From contig JAGHEJ010000072.1 of NCBI GenBank assembly GCA_017889345.1, forward strand, positions 11,805 through 43,804: DNA of 32,000 bases, written 5' to 3'. The position numbers were made by a program, and so were the translations under genes. Below the pieces are notes generated by a model. That model made no database searches, had not been told where the DNA came from, and saw only the letters and a program-made list of their open reading frames with translations. Shown in pieces: positions 1 through 7,930 of this stretch. Numbering within the stretch: position 1 is the stretch's first letter; the number at the start of each line of letters is the position of its first letter. The stretch comes from Clostridiales bacterium. GTDB taxonomy: Bacteria; Bacillota; Clostridia; Clostridiales; Clostridiaceae.

Positions 1-643
1 TAGAACCTGAAGCACTCTGATTGTGGACAATACCCTGAACTTGAGATTTGTATTCTGCTTTAACTGGAATACAATATCTATCACCACGAATTGTAAATAC
101 ATTATCTTGAAGATATTTTGAATAAGTTTTTAAAATATCTGAGAGTTTTCTCTTTACTTCAGCAGTTTTACTTCTTAGCTCTCTTCTAATTTTAAATAAA
201 TTTTCACTTGCTTGATCTGTTACCTCTTCTCCATCTTTTATAGCTCTTAAAATTGAATCTTCTAAAGATTTAAACGTGTAGATATTATCGTAATAAAATT
301 TTAGATGTTTAATATCTTTCTGAGACAAGTAAGATTTAATATTTCTCAAACATTTTAGAGTTGTTCCTATTCTATATATCTCTTTAATAGTAATAATTCC
401 GCTTTTGTTTATCTTTTCTATGGACTCTACAATATCTCTAAGCCCACTAAAATCTGGTCTTCCAAATTCTTTTACAAAACTTATTGCTTCCCCTGTTTCT
501 TCAAGACTTCTATTAACTTCTTCGATTGTTTCAAATGGTTTTAAATTTGTAATTAAATTTTTAGCAGTTTCAGTCTTTGCATATTTGTACATTTCGCTTT
601 TAACTTTTTTAAACTCAAGTAATTCTAACACTTTTAAATTCAT
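1..643 (-). CDS. mutS2: Endonuclease MutS2, N-terminal part (gene runs off the left edge of the window)
   Basis: Absent from the supplied ORF track because it has no in-window stop. Manual reverse-strand translation from the ATG at 641-643 gives MNLKVLELLEFKKVKSEMYKYAKTETAKNLITNLKPFETIEEVNRSLEETGEAISFVKEFGRPDFSGLRDI...SKYLQDNVFTIRGDRYCIPVKAEYKSQVQGIVHNQSASGS, open to base 1. This is the characteristic MutS2 N-terminus (LEF-K, IR-DRY-IPVK-E, G-VH-QSASG). A purine-rich RBS sits upstream. The start lies 17 nt after the stop of the U32 gene. Confidence 0.85.
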   Translation of the reverse strand, partial: MNLKVLELLEFKKVKSEMYKYAKTETAKNLITNLKPFETIEEVNRSLEETGEAISFVKEFGRPDFSGLRDIVESIEKINKSGIITIKEIYRIGTTLKCLRNIKSYLSQKDIKHLKFYYDNIYTFKSLEDSILRAIKDGEEVTDQASENLFKIRRELRSKTAEVKRKLSDILKTYSKYLQDNVFTIRGDRYCIPVKAEYKSQVQGIVHNQSASGS

Positions 644-660
644 TTAGTTTCACCACTCTC

Positions 661-3015
661 CTAATCAACTGGCTTGTAATAATTTCCTTTGAATGCGTTT
701 TTAAATGGTTTATTATCAATTAAATGATCTAAAATTTTTCTCGTTTGCTCGTATGTTTCATCTATAAAATCTAATCTAAAAATATTTACATTGCTTTTCT
801 TAATATCATTTATTTCATTTATCAAATTAATTGGCTCTTCTTTATATGTACTAATTTTACAATTAATCGCCGTAGTAAGTAAAAGTTTATTTCCAACTCT
901 ATCTTTTAAGTAAAAATCATTTTTCGTACAAGGTCTTAAACATTCTTTATTTAAAGATCTTCCTCCAACAAAAGTTCCGATTGGACAATATTCACTTACC
1001 ATAACATCTGGTTTTCCATAAACAAACATACATAAATCTTTATTTGTATTTTCCGAAAGCTCTCTTATTTCTTTATCACAAAGCTCTATACTAATCATAA
1101 ACTTATCAACTTCTTTGTAAAATTCCGTTGATTTTGAATTAAAAATATTTAATCTATAATCTCCTATAATCTCAAGGTTTGAATCTTTAAACTTTCTAAT
1201 TACTCCTGCGTTACTTGTTAAAATACCTTTAACTTGATTCTTAAATCTTTCAAAAACTTTGAAAATTTTCTCAAACTCATATTCCTTTATAATTGTTGGA
1301 AATTTTATATATAAATTCAAATCTTCATAACTTAAAATTTTATCGAAATCTATTTTTCTGTTGTACATAAATGGTGAGAAAATTATATTTCTAAATCCTT
1401 TTTCGTAAACAGCATCAAATTGAGCATCGGTTGAAACATAAACAAAATATTTATCATCTTTAATTACTCTCTCTGATTTTGTTTTCTCCACATCATTTTT
1501 AAAACTGTAAGATAAATTTTTATGAGAACTTTCTATAACCTTCTCACGAAATTTGCCTAAAGCTTCACGTCTAAGCTCATTTAATTTTGAAATATTTATA
1601 TATCCTTCTTCATAAACCACATCAATATTTTTTATAGAAAAACTTCCAACTCGTCCCTTACAAAGTTGCTCTATAATTCTTTCTTTTGAAACTGGATTCT
1701 TTTGTGGAATTTCTACAACTTCTCCAAAAACTTTTATAGATGTGTTGTATTTATCTGAGAAAAGCTCAAGCTTCATTGGCTTATTTGGAATAAATTCAAA
1801 TTTTCCATTTATGTACGAAGTTCTTGTGTATTCTTTTTCAAAACTTTTACGAAGCTCTCTCTCAAACTTATTGTCATTTGTTTTATAAAATTTATCTCCT
1901 TTTGAAAATCTCGTTGGAAATAATTTTACTTTCATTCCTTCGCTGGCTGTGGAAATCTTATCTTTTCCATTTAAAATTTTCGTTACAATAAATCCATTAT
2001 CTTTAAAAGAAACCCCATCTCCAAGAGATATATTTGTTTTAAGTAAAACGCTTCCATCATTTAAAACTTCTCCAAGATAAACTCCCTGATTTTTAGGATT
2101 ATTTACGGATAAAAACTTTTGTCCTTCATAACCGAGCATATATCCATTTGTAAATCCCTCTCTATTAAATATTTTTAATAGATCATCTTCTTTAGATTTA
2201 AAATCATCTTTAGTTATAGGAATATTGTTTTCAATTTTATCAATTATATTTCTATAATTTTTAACAGTGTTTACAACATATTCCCCCCGCTTCATTCTTC
2301 CTTCAATTTTCAAAGATTTAATCTTAGTTTCTTTCAAAAGCTTAGGCAAAATATTTATTGTCATTAAATCTTTTGGACTCATTAAAAATCCAGTTTTAAA
2401 TTCTTTATTGTCCTTATTAATGAGAGAATATTCCATACGACAAGGTTGAGCACATCTCCCTCTATTTCCACTTCTCTCGGCAATAAGTCCACTCATTGTA
2501 CATTGTCCAGAATAACTAACACAAATTGCACCATGAACAAAACCCTCAGTCTCAACTTTCTCAGATATAATTCTTATATCTTCAATAGAAAGTTCTCTTG
2601 CAACAACTACTCTTGTTACACCGCTTTCTTGATAATACTCAGCACCGCCTAAGTTATGAATACTTAATTGAGTTGAAGCATGAACCTCACACTCTTTAAA
2701 TTTCGTAAACATATCAATAAGCCCAGCATCTTGAATAATCAAAGCATCAATTCCCATATTATAGAGCTTTATTCCATAATCAAAAGCTTCTTCAAGTTCA
2801 CTTTGTTTAATCAAAGTGTTAAATGCAACATAAACTTTAACTCCATATTCATGTGCATAATCAATCATTTCTTGAAATTTTTCATCTGAAAAATTCTCAC
2901 AATTTGCTCTTGCAGAGAATTTATTTCCACCAATATATATTGCATCTGCTCCTTCATTAATCGCACCAACAAAAGCTTCATAATTACCAACTGGAGCTAA
3001 AAGTTCAACTGACAT
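661..3015 (-). CDS. U32-family protein, long form (annotated 'peptidase U32/collagenase-like'; probably an Fe-S enzyme)
   Basis: The 784-aa product starts MSVELLAPVGNYEAFVGAINEGADAIYIGG. The segment EGFVHGAICVSYSGQCTMS matches the U32 signature E-x-F-x2-G-[SA]-[LIVM]-C-x4-G-x-C-x-[LIVM]-S exactly and is followed by RGRCAQPCR. I prefer the ATG at 3013-3015, with a GGAGGAAAA RBS 6-7 nt upstream, over the track start at 3060. Confidence 0.9.
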   Translation of the reverse strand: MSVELLAPVGNYEAFVGAINEGADAIYIGGNKFSARANCENFSDEKFQEMIDYAHEYGVKVYVAFNTLIKQSELEEAFDYGIKLYNMGIDALIIQDAGLIDMFTKFKECEVHASTQLSIHNLGGAEYYQESGVTRVVVARELSIEDIRIISEKVETEGFVHGAICVSYSGQCTMSGLIAERSGNRGRCAQPCRMEYSLINKDNKEFKTGFLMSPKDLMTINILPKLLKETKIKSLKIEGRMKRGEYVVNTVKNYRNIIDKIENNIPITKDDFKSKEDDLLKIFNREGFTNGYMLGYEGQKFLSVNNPKNQGVYLGEVLNDGSVLLKTNISLGDGVSFKDNGFIVTKILNGKDKISTASEGMKVKLFPTRFSKGDKFYKTNDNKFERELRKSFEKEYTRTSYINGKFEFIPNKPMKLELFSDKYNTSIKVFGEVVEIPQKNPVSKERIIEQLCKGRVGSFSIKNIDVVYEEGYINISKLNELRREALGKFREKVIESSHKNLSYSFKNDVEKTKSERVIKDDKYFVYVSTDAQFDAVYEKGFRNIIFSPFMYNRKIDFDKILSYEDLNLYIKFPTIIKEYEFEKIFKVFERFKNQVKGILTSNAGVIRKFKDSNLEIIGDYRLNIFNSKSTEFYKEVDKFMISIELCDKEIRELSENTNKDLCMFVYGKPDVMVSEYCPIGTFVGGRSLNKECLRPCTKNDFYLKDRVGNKLLLTTAINCKISTYKEEPINLINEINDIKKSNVNIFRLDFIDETYEQTRKILDHLIDNKPFKNAFKGNYYKPVD

Positions 3016-3030
3016 AAAAATTTTCCTCCA

Positions 3031-3070
3031 AATAAAACAAAAATTAACCACCCATAGCAAGGTGGTTAAT
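3031..3070 (-). terminator. Rho-independent terminator of the 3123-3677 gene, directly abutting the U32 RBS
   Basis: A perfect 10-bp stem (attaaccacc 3043-3052 / ggtggttaat 3061-3070) has an 8-nt loop. On the minus strand it is followed by TTTTGTTTTATT. Confidence 0.55.
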
Positions 3071-3122
3071 TCAAAAGCATTTATATGTTATTTTAAAATA
3101 TTTCTTTATATATTACAATGAA

Positions 3123-3677
3123 TTATTTTTTATTTTCTTGTTTATATTTCTTAGCGTCGTCAATTGCTTTACGTCCTTCTTCGCTGTCTAATCTTTTTCT
3201 TTGTTTTTTGTTAGATTCTTGGCTACTAGTTGTTACAGGAGTTTCTCCTCTCCAATACTCTGGAGGAACATATCCACCTTCTCCTAATTGTTCATCTTCT
3301 TCTATTTCTGTTTCTGAAATTGGCATTGGTTGTTGAAGTAATTCTACCAAATAGTCCTCTGTAATTTCTGTAACTAAAACTTGATCATCTTCAATATAAA
3401 CCATATAAAGTTGTCCAGTTGTTTCATCAAATAAAATTTGAGTACCTTGCTCTACAACTAAATTTATTAACTCTTCCTCAGAAGAAATATATTCAACAGG
3501 AACCATTATTTCTTGAAAATCAAATTCAACATCCCTAGTTTGTCCCTCTTGAGCTCTTGTTGATTTAGTTTCAGTTGCATGAGCCATAGCATTAATTCCA
3601 GCTAGTCCACCTAAGATTCCACCTAATAACAAAGCTCCCGTTATAATATTTTTACCAGTAATCTTTGATTTCTTCAT
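3123..3677 (-). CDS. Secreted or membrane-anchored acidic protein, unknown function
   Basis: The 184-aa product has a Sec-type leader, MKKSKITGKNIITGALLLGGILGGLAGINAMAHA, with an A-x-A site. The core is rich in E/D/T and the tail is basic (KKQRKRLDSEEGRKAIDDAKKYKQENKK). A good RBS (AAGAGGGGAG) precedes the ATG. Confidence 0.7.
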   Translation of the reverse strand: MKKSKITGKNIITGALLLGGILGGLAGINAMAHATETKSTRAQEGQTRDVEFDFQEIMVPVEYISSEEELINLVVEQGTQILFDETTGQLYMVYIEDDQVLVTEITEDYLVELLQQPMPISETEIEEDEQLGEGGYVPPEYWRGETPVTTSSQESNKKQRKRLDSEEGRKAIDDAKKYKQENKK

Positions 3678-3706
3678 ATAAAAACTCCCCTCTTAAATAA
3701 AACGCA

Positions 3707-3735
3707 ATTTTAATTATTTATCGTTTAAATGTAAA
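3707..3735 (-). promoter_or_regulatory. Candidate sigma-A promoter for the 3123-3677 gene
   Basis: On the minus strand the pattern is TTTACA (3730-3735), a 17-nt spacer, then TAAAAT (3707-3712), about 30 nt upstream of the ATG. The AT-rich background weakens the specificity of this match. Confidence 0.4.
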
Positions 3736-3762
3736 GCTTGTTTATATATTGCCCAAATTTTT

Positions 3763-3791
3763 TTGAATTTAAATATAAATTTTTGTATTAT
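3763..3791 (+). promoter_or_regulatory. Candidate sigma-A promoter for the RpiR-like gene
   Basis: TTGAAT (3763-3768), a 17-nt spacer, then TATTAT (3786-3791) preceded by TG. The site lies about 38 nt upstream of the start codon. Confidence 0.35.
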
Positions 3792-3828
3792 ATTTTTTAC
3801 ATAGGGAATTTTAAAGAGTGGTGATAAT

Positions 3829-4560
3829 TTGAGTTTATTTAAAGATATGTTTAATGATTCATTTCACTCCCTTTCTGAAAAAGAGATTGTAATTTTTGAT
3901 TTTATCTCATTAAATATTCATTCTGTATGTGAAATGAACATTAAAGAATTAAGTTTAAAATTAGATATTTCAGAGTATTCTATTAATAAATTTTGTAAAA
4001 AGATAAATGTAGACAATTTTGAAAATTTAAAATCCATACTAAAAGAATTAAATGCTACATCCATCAATTCTTCAAATTTAATCTTCAAAGATTCTTTAAA
4101 TGGATTTTCAAACTTTATAAACAAAATAGACGAAATTAATCTCATAAATATTTGTAATTTAATATTAAAAGATAAAAATGTGTCAATACTATTCTCATAC
4201 TCTTCAAAAATAATCGCTAAGTATTTAGACGAAGGATTGAAAAACTTAAACATAAAAACTAAGTTAACATCTTCACCAAAACAAATTTTAAAACAAAAAG
4301 ATTGTGAAATTGTAATTTACATATCGAGTTTAACAAATGAAAGAACACTAAATTCAACTCTTGAACAGCTTTCAAGTAAAATCATAATAACAATTTGTGA
4401 TTTGGTTTCAAGAAAAGCATACGATAATTCTTCAATGTTTGTACATATTGAAACTAACAAGCTTTTTAAAAATTTTAATACTAATTCAAACTGTTTATAT
4501 TTTGTATTCTTTGATCTAATGTTTTCAAAATTAATAGAATTAACCTACAACAATTTTTAA
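3829..4560 (+). CDS. MurR/RpiR-family transcriptional regulator (HTH plus an apparently degenerate SIS-like domain)
   Basis: The N-terminus LSEKEIVIFDFISLNIHSVCEMNIKELSLKLDISEYSINKFCKKINVDNFENLK fits the RpiR HTH_6 pattern. The C-terminal half has the alternating layout of a SIS domain, but ILFSYSSKIIA replaces the usual G-x-G-x-S loop. The track start is TTG; the ATG at codon 7 is an alternative. Confidence 0.7.
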   Translation: MSLFKDMFNDSFHSLSEKEIVIFDFISLNIHSVCEMNIKELSLKLDISEYSINKFCKKINVDNFENLKSILKELNATSINSSNLIFKDSLNGFSNFINKIDEINLINICNLILKDKNVSILFSYSSKIIAKYLDEGLKNLNIKTKLTSSPKQILKQKDCEIVIYISSLTNERTLNSTLEQLSSKIIITICDLVSRKAYDNSSMFVHIETNKLFKNFNTNSNCLYFVFFDLMFSKLIELTYNNF

Positions 4561-4643
4561 ATCCTTCTTCCTTCATACTTTTTTACAAATACAAATAAAC
4601 ATATTTGTATAAATTAATTTTAAAAAGTGGGGACATAGATTTT

Positions 4644-5153
4644 ATGCCAAATAAACAAAATTCTAAATTTAAAATTATTCATAGCAACAAAGAAAACTTA
4701 GACATAATTAATAAACAATATAACACAGAGATTGAAAACATAATTTTATCTGCATCACAAAGAAACAATTCCTCTGAAGTTAAAGTTTATTTTAAAAATA
4801 TACCCGCTGAAGAATATAATCTTGGATATAAAAAATTTTGTGGAATTAAAATAGATGATCTTGTATTTTATAATCCTTCATTATTTGATCTTTATCCAAA
4901 TCTTATAGACTTTCTTCATATACATCATAAAGATAACTTTAAAAATTTTGTTTTAGAAAATAATTTAAATGATATATATTTTTCAGAAGATGAAACTCTT
5001 TTCCCAAAAAACAAAAAAATAATTGAATCAAATCTATATTTAAATTTAAATATTACTTTCGATGGAATAATTAATGTTTTGGATAAAATTACAAAAAGCA
5101 TCTACGGTAAATCAATTTTAAAAATTTTAACCTTATCATCAGTAAAAAAATAA
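4644..5153 (+). CDS. Hypothetical protein
   Basis: The open frame runs 4605-5153. I prefer ATG 4644 (MPNKQNSKFKIIH...) with a weak GTGGGGA RBS upstream. I recognise no motif. A hairpin terminator follows. Confidence 0.5.
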   Translation: MPNKQNSKFKIIHSNKENLDIINKQYNTEIENIILSASQRNNSSEVKVYFKNIPAEEYNLGYKKFCGIKIDDLVFYNPSLFDLYPNLIDFLHIHHKDNFKNFVLENNLNDIYFSEDETLFPKNKKIIESNLYLNLNITFDGIINVLDKITKSIYGKSILKILTLSSVKK

Positions 5154-5185
5154 AACTATACTTTTAAATTTAAAAGTATAGTTTT
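5152..5185. terminator. Bidirectional hairpin terminator between convergent genes
   Basis: A perfect 15-bp stem (aaaactatactttta 5152-5166 / taaaagtatagtttt 5171-5185) has a 4-nt loop. A/T runs form part of both arms. Confidence 0.6.
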
Positions 5186-5189
5186 ATCT

Positions 5190-5828
5190 TTACATGACAA
5201 ACTCCCTAATAATTTTATTAGGATTCGTTACATCTTCTCCTAAAATAAATGAATAAATCCCATCTTCAACTAATTTTTTACCCTGATCAAAACTTACAGA
5301 ATTTAAATTCCCAATAGTTGGAATATTTACATCATTACAAATTTCATTAATAAACTCTTCTTCAAAATATTCTCCATAAATATCTATAATAAGTGCATCC
5401 ATCCCAAATTTATAAGCATCTAAAGCTTGAAATTTTGTAAAAACTTTTCCAATTAATTGTCCAGAAAAATTTTTCCTAAGCTTTTTTATAATATTTTCCA
5501 AATCATCATAATCATCTTCTGAGTCACCAAACTCTATAACAATAAAATTTGGTTTTAAGTCAACTAATTCTATAAAATTTTCATAATTTTTAGGAATAAA
5601 AATCTTATTAAAATTTTCCTCAAGTCCTGCAAGTATTGGAAGGCTTGTACTTTCTTTTAAAATTTTTAAATTTCTAAGATTTTTTGAATAAAATCCACAA
5701 GCCCCCCCTTTTTCAGAAAAATTTATAATATATTTCACAAAAATTGGATCGCTTAAATGCTCATTTGTATAATTATCTATGTCAACAATAACTCCCCGCT
5801 TCACTTTAGGTAAATAATTATTTGTCAT
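5190..5828 (-). CDS. TIM-barrel protein resembling N-acetylmannosamine-6-phosphate 2-epimerase (NanE-like, divergent)
   Basis: The 212-aa product can be aligned by eye with NanE: KRGVIVD..., FSEKGGACGF, LKESTSLPILAG, FGMDALIID, VNIPTIGNLN, DGIYSFILGEDVTNPNKIIREF. The Lys-containing IIKR segment of NanE is not conserved. It has a strong RBS (AGGAGGAA) and starts 13 nt after the solute-binding gene. Confidence 0.45.
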   Translation of the reverse strand: MTNNYLPKVKRGVIVDIDNYTNEHLSDPIFVKYIINFSEKGGACGFYSKNLRNLKILKESTSLPILAGLEENFNKIFIPKNYENFIELVDLKPNFIVIEFGDSEDDYDDLENIIKKLRKNFSGQLIGKVFTKFQALDAYKFGMDALIIDIYGEYFEEEFINEICNDVNIPTIGNLNSVSFDQGKKLVEDGIYSFILGEDVTNPNKIIREFVM

Positions 5829-5841
5829 TATGTAATTCCTC

Positions 5842-7105
5842 CTAACTTTGATTATTTAAATTCTCAATTTCTAATTGTGCATTTTGCAAATATGATTTTA
5901 CATCAACACAATCTAAATATATCATTCGTGAATATTTTTCAATAATTCCAGAGATTTGATCATAATTTTCCATATTAAAAACAAAATCTCTACTATCTAC
6001 CAAACTCCTAAATGCAATTGTTTGAGCTTCTTCAACTTTTAAATTATCATCAACAAAAATGTCAGAATCTATAAAACTTTTATTTGTTGGAAGCAAATTA
6101 AAATTATTAGCAAACTCAATTTGATTATCTTCATTAAGAACAAAACTCATAAACTCTATAGCTTCTTCAATATTCTCATTATCATTTATTATAGATAAAT
6201 TCATAGTTTCTGAGTAATGCAAATTATTTTTTCCAAGAGGTAATGGATAAATAATTGTATTTTCATAAACCTCTCTTGAAATTTTCTCAATATTGCTTAT
6301 AAATTGAAAACTAGATTTTATCATAGCAACTTCTTTATTTGCATACCAAATAAATTTTATCTCCAAAATTAAAAAAATCTTTTGGAACTACATTCTCATT
6401 AAACAACATTTGATTAGTTTTAAAATAATTTTCTATCTCCTCTTTGTCAATTTTAATTTTACTATCCTCTCCAAAAATATTTAAACCATTAAATATTAAA
6501 CTTTCAATATTATCTGGTTCAAGTACACTCCCAAATTTTCCTGAATTTCTTTGTATAACTTTGAGAGAGTTTATAAACTCTTCTTCATTTTTCGGATAAT
6601 TTTCTTCAAATATTCCAGCATTGTCCATTATCTCTTTATTAATAAACAAAACTTTAATATCTGTGTACCAAGGAAATCCTAACTGTTTTACATCTTTTTG
6701 AGTTGAAGAAAGAAGACCTTCAAAAAATTCGTAAGAAAACTCCTCTTCATAATCTTTAAGATTAACTAAAAGCTCTGAGTTAATTTTATTAATTAGAGTT
6801 TTCGTATCCAAAGTTATAACATCAGGTAAAGTTCCATTTTTCCATGAATCATATAATTTAATAACAATTTCGTTATGAGGAAAATCATTCCAAACTATTT
6901 TAATATTTCGATGATCATTTTCAAATTTTTCGATTACATATCGGATATATTTTTCAAATCTTGTTTTCATATCCATAGTCCAAAAATCTATTACAACCTC
7001 TTCTTTTTCCCAAAAAGTTTTCAAATTTTTAGATGAAGAACAACTTATTAACATAAAATTTAAAAAAATAATAATAAAGATTATATTTAAAATTTTAAAC
7101 CCCAT
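5842..7105 (-). pseudogene. ABC-transporter family-1 solute-binding lipoprotein, split by a frameshift (track ORFs 6335-7141 and 5842-6366)
   Basis: The N-terminal ORF carries a lipoprotein leader with a lipobox (FLNFMLISCSSS) and an SBP-like body. The C-terminal ORF continues the SBP fold (YANKEVAMIKSS...). The two frames overlap at 6335-6366, next to a T7 run in coding sense (A7 at 6371-6377). Deleting one T joins them into one frame of about 420 codons. The likely start is ATG 7103-7105, with a GGAG RBS. Confidence 0.7.
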
Positions 7106-7180
7106 TGATACTCCAAAATAACTCCTATTTTTATAAATCATAGCACAATTACATATCTTACGAAAGTTTTCTATAAACCA

Positions 7181-7217
7181 TAAAAAACAAAAAGTACCAT
7201 AAAATCTTTATGGTACT
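7181..7217 (-). terminator. Rho-independent terminator of the glycosyltransferase gene (stem includes its stop codon)
   Basis: An 11-bp stem (agtaccataaa 7193-7203 / tttatggtact 7207-7217) has a 3-nt loop. On the minus strand TTTTGTTTTTTA follows. Confidence 0.55.
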
Positions 7218-7915
7218 AAATACATTCTCTTAAATTCTTCCCTTTCATCTGAAGAAATTCTTCCACTATCAACCAATCTATTAAGAACACTAAAATATCT
7301 TTTCTTCATAGCCTTACTCTCTTTATTTTTTAAATTATAAACACTTGGAGCTTGAGGAACACCAGCAAGTAAAGATGACTGATATTTATTTAAATTTTTA
7401 GGTGAAACATTAAAATATCCATGACTTGCTTCTTTAATTCCATAATACCCATTCCCAAAATAAATAATATTAAGATACAATTCTAAAATTTTATCTTTTG
7501 AATACTCACTCTCAAGTTTAAAAGCAACAAACATTTCTGCAATTTTTCTCGTCATCTTTTTCTCATTTGTAAAGTACATATTTTTAGCTAATTGCTGAGT
7601 GATAGTACTTCCTCCATACTTATAATATCCAGCGCCTAAATTTTCAATCATTGATCCCAAAATTGCTATTATATCAATTCCGTAATGAGTATAAAATCTC
7701 TTATCTTCAACCTGAACAATATAATCTTTTAAGTATTCCGATATATCCTGTATTTCAACATAATTACTTTTAGAAGTTATCTCTGAAACTTTTTGTTCTA
7801 CTGATACATTACTTACAGCATTTCTATATAATAAAAATCCATTTAACAAAAGTATGAGTACAACTACAATACAAATTTTTAAGAAAATTTTAATTAATTT
7901 TATCATACAACCCAT
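7208..7915 (-). CDS. Monofunctional peptidoglycan glycosyltransferase (GT51 family), membrane-anchored
   Basis: Classic GT51 motifs are present: EDKRFYTHYGID, GGSTITQQLAKN, RKIAEMFVAFKLESEYSKDKILELYLN, YFGNGYYGIKEAS. There is an N-terminal TM helix and no transpeptidase domain. I prefer ATG 7915, with an AAGAGG RBS, over the TTG at 7921. Confidence 0.9.
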   Translation of the reverse strand: MGCMIKLIKIFLKICIVVVLILLLNGFLLYRNAVSNVSVEQKVSEITSKSNYVEIQDISEYLKDYIVQVEDKRFYTHYGIDIIAILGSMIENLGAGYYKYGGSTITQQLAKNMYFTNEKKMTRKIAEMFVAFKLESEYSKDKILELYLNIIYFGNGYYGIKEASHGYFNVSPKNLNKYQSSLLAGVPQAPSVYNLKNKESKAMKKRYFSVLNRLVDSGRISSDEREEFKRMYLVP

Positions 7916-7930
7916 ATGCAACCTCTTTTC

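Noticed and set aside
405-647. Plus-strand 80-aa ORF from the track
   Set aside because: It lies entirely antisense to the well-supported mutS2 N-terminal coding region. Its composition is low-complexity and rich in S/L/F, as expected from the reverse frame of AT-rich coding DNA. It has no RBS.
2267-2889. Three plus-strand ORFs (2267-2449, 2446-2652, 2680-2889) inside the U32 gene
   Set aside because: They are antisense shadows of a gene that carries an exact family signature. They have no RBS and their composition is typical of non-coding frames.
3016-3060. N-terminal extension of the U32 ORF (MLWVVNFCFIWRKIF)
   Set aside because: The extension would run through the terminator hairpin and T-tract. 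The internal ATG at 3015 has a canonical GGAGG RBS and begins the conserved MSVELLAPVG N-terminus.
3118-4253. ORFs 3118-3336 (+) and 3918-4253 (-)
   Set aside because: They are antisense to the secreted-protein gene and to the RpiR-like gene respectively. They have no RBS and low-complexity products.
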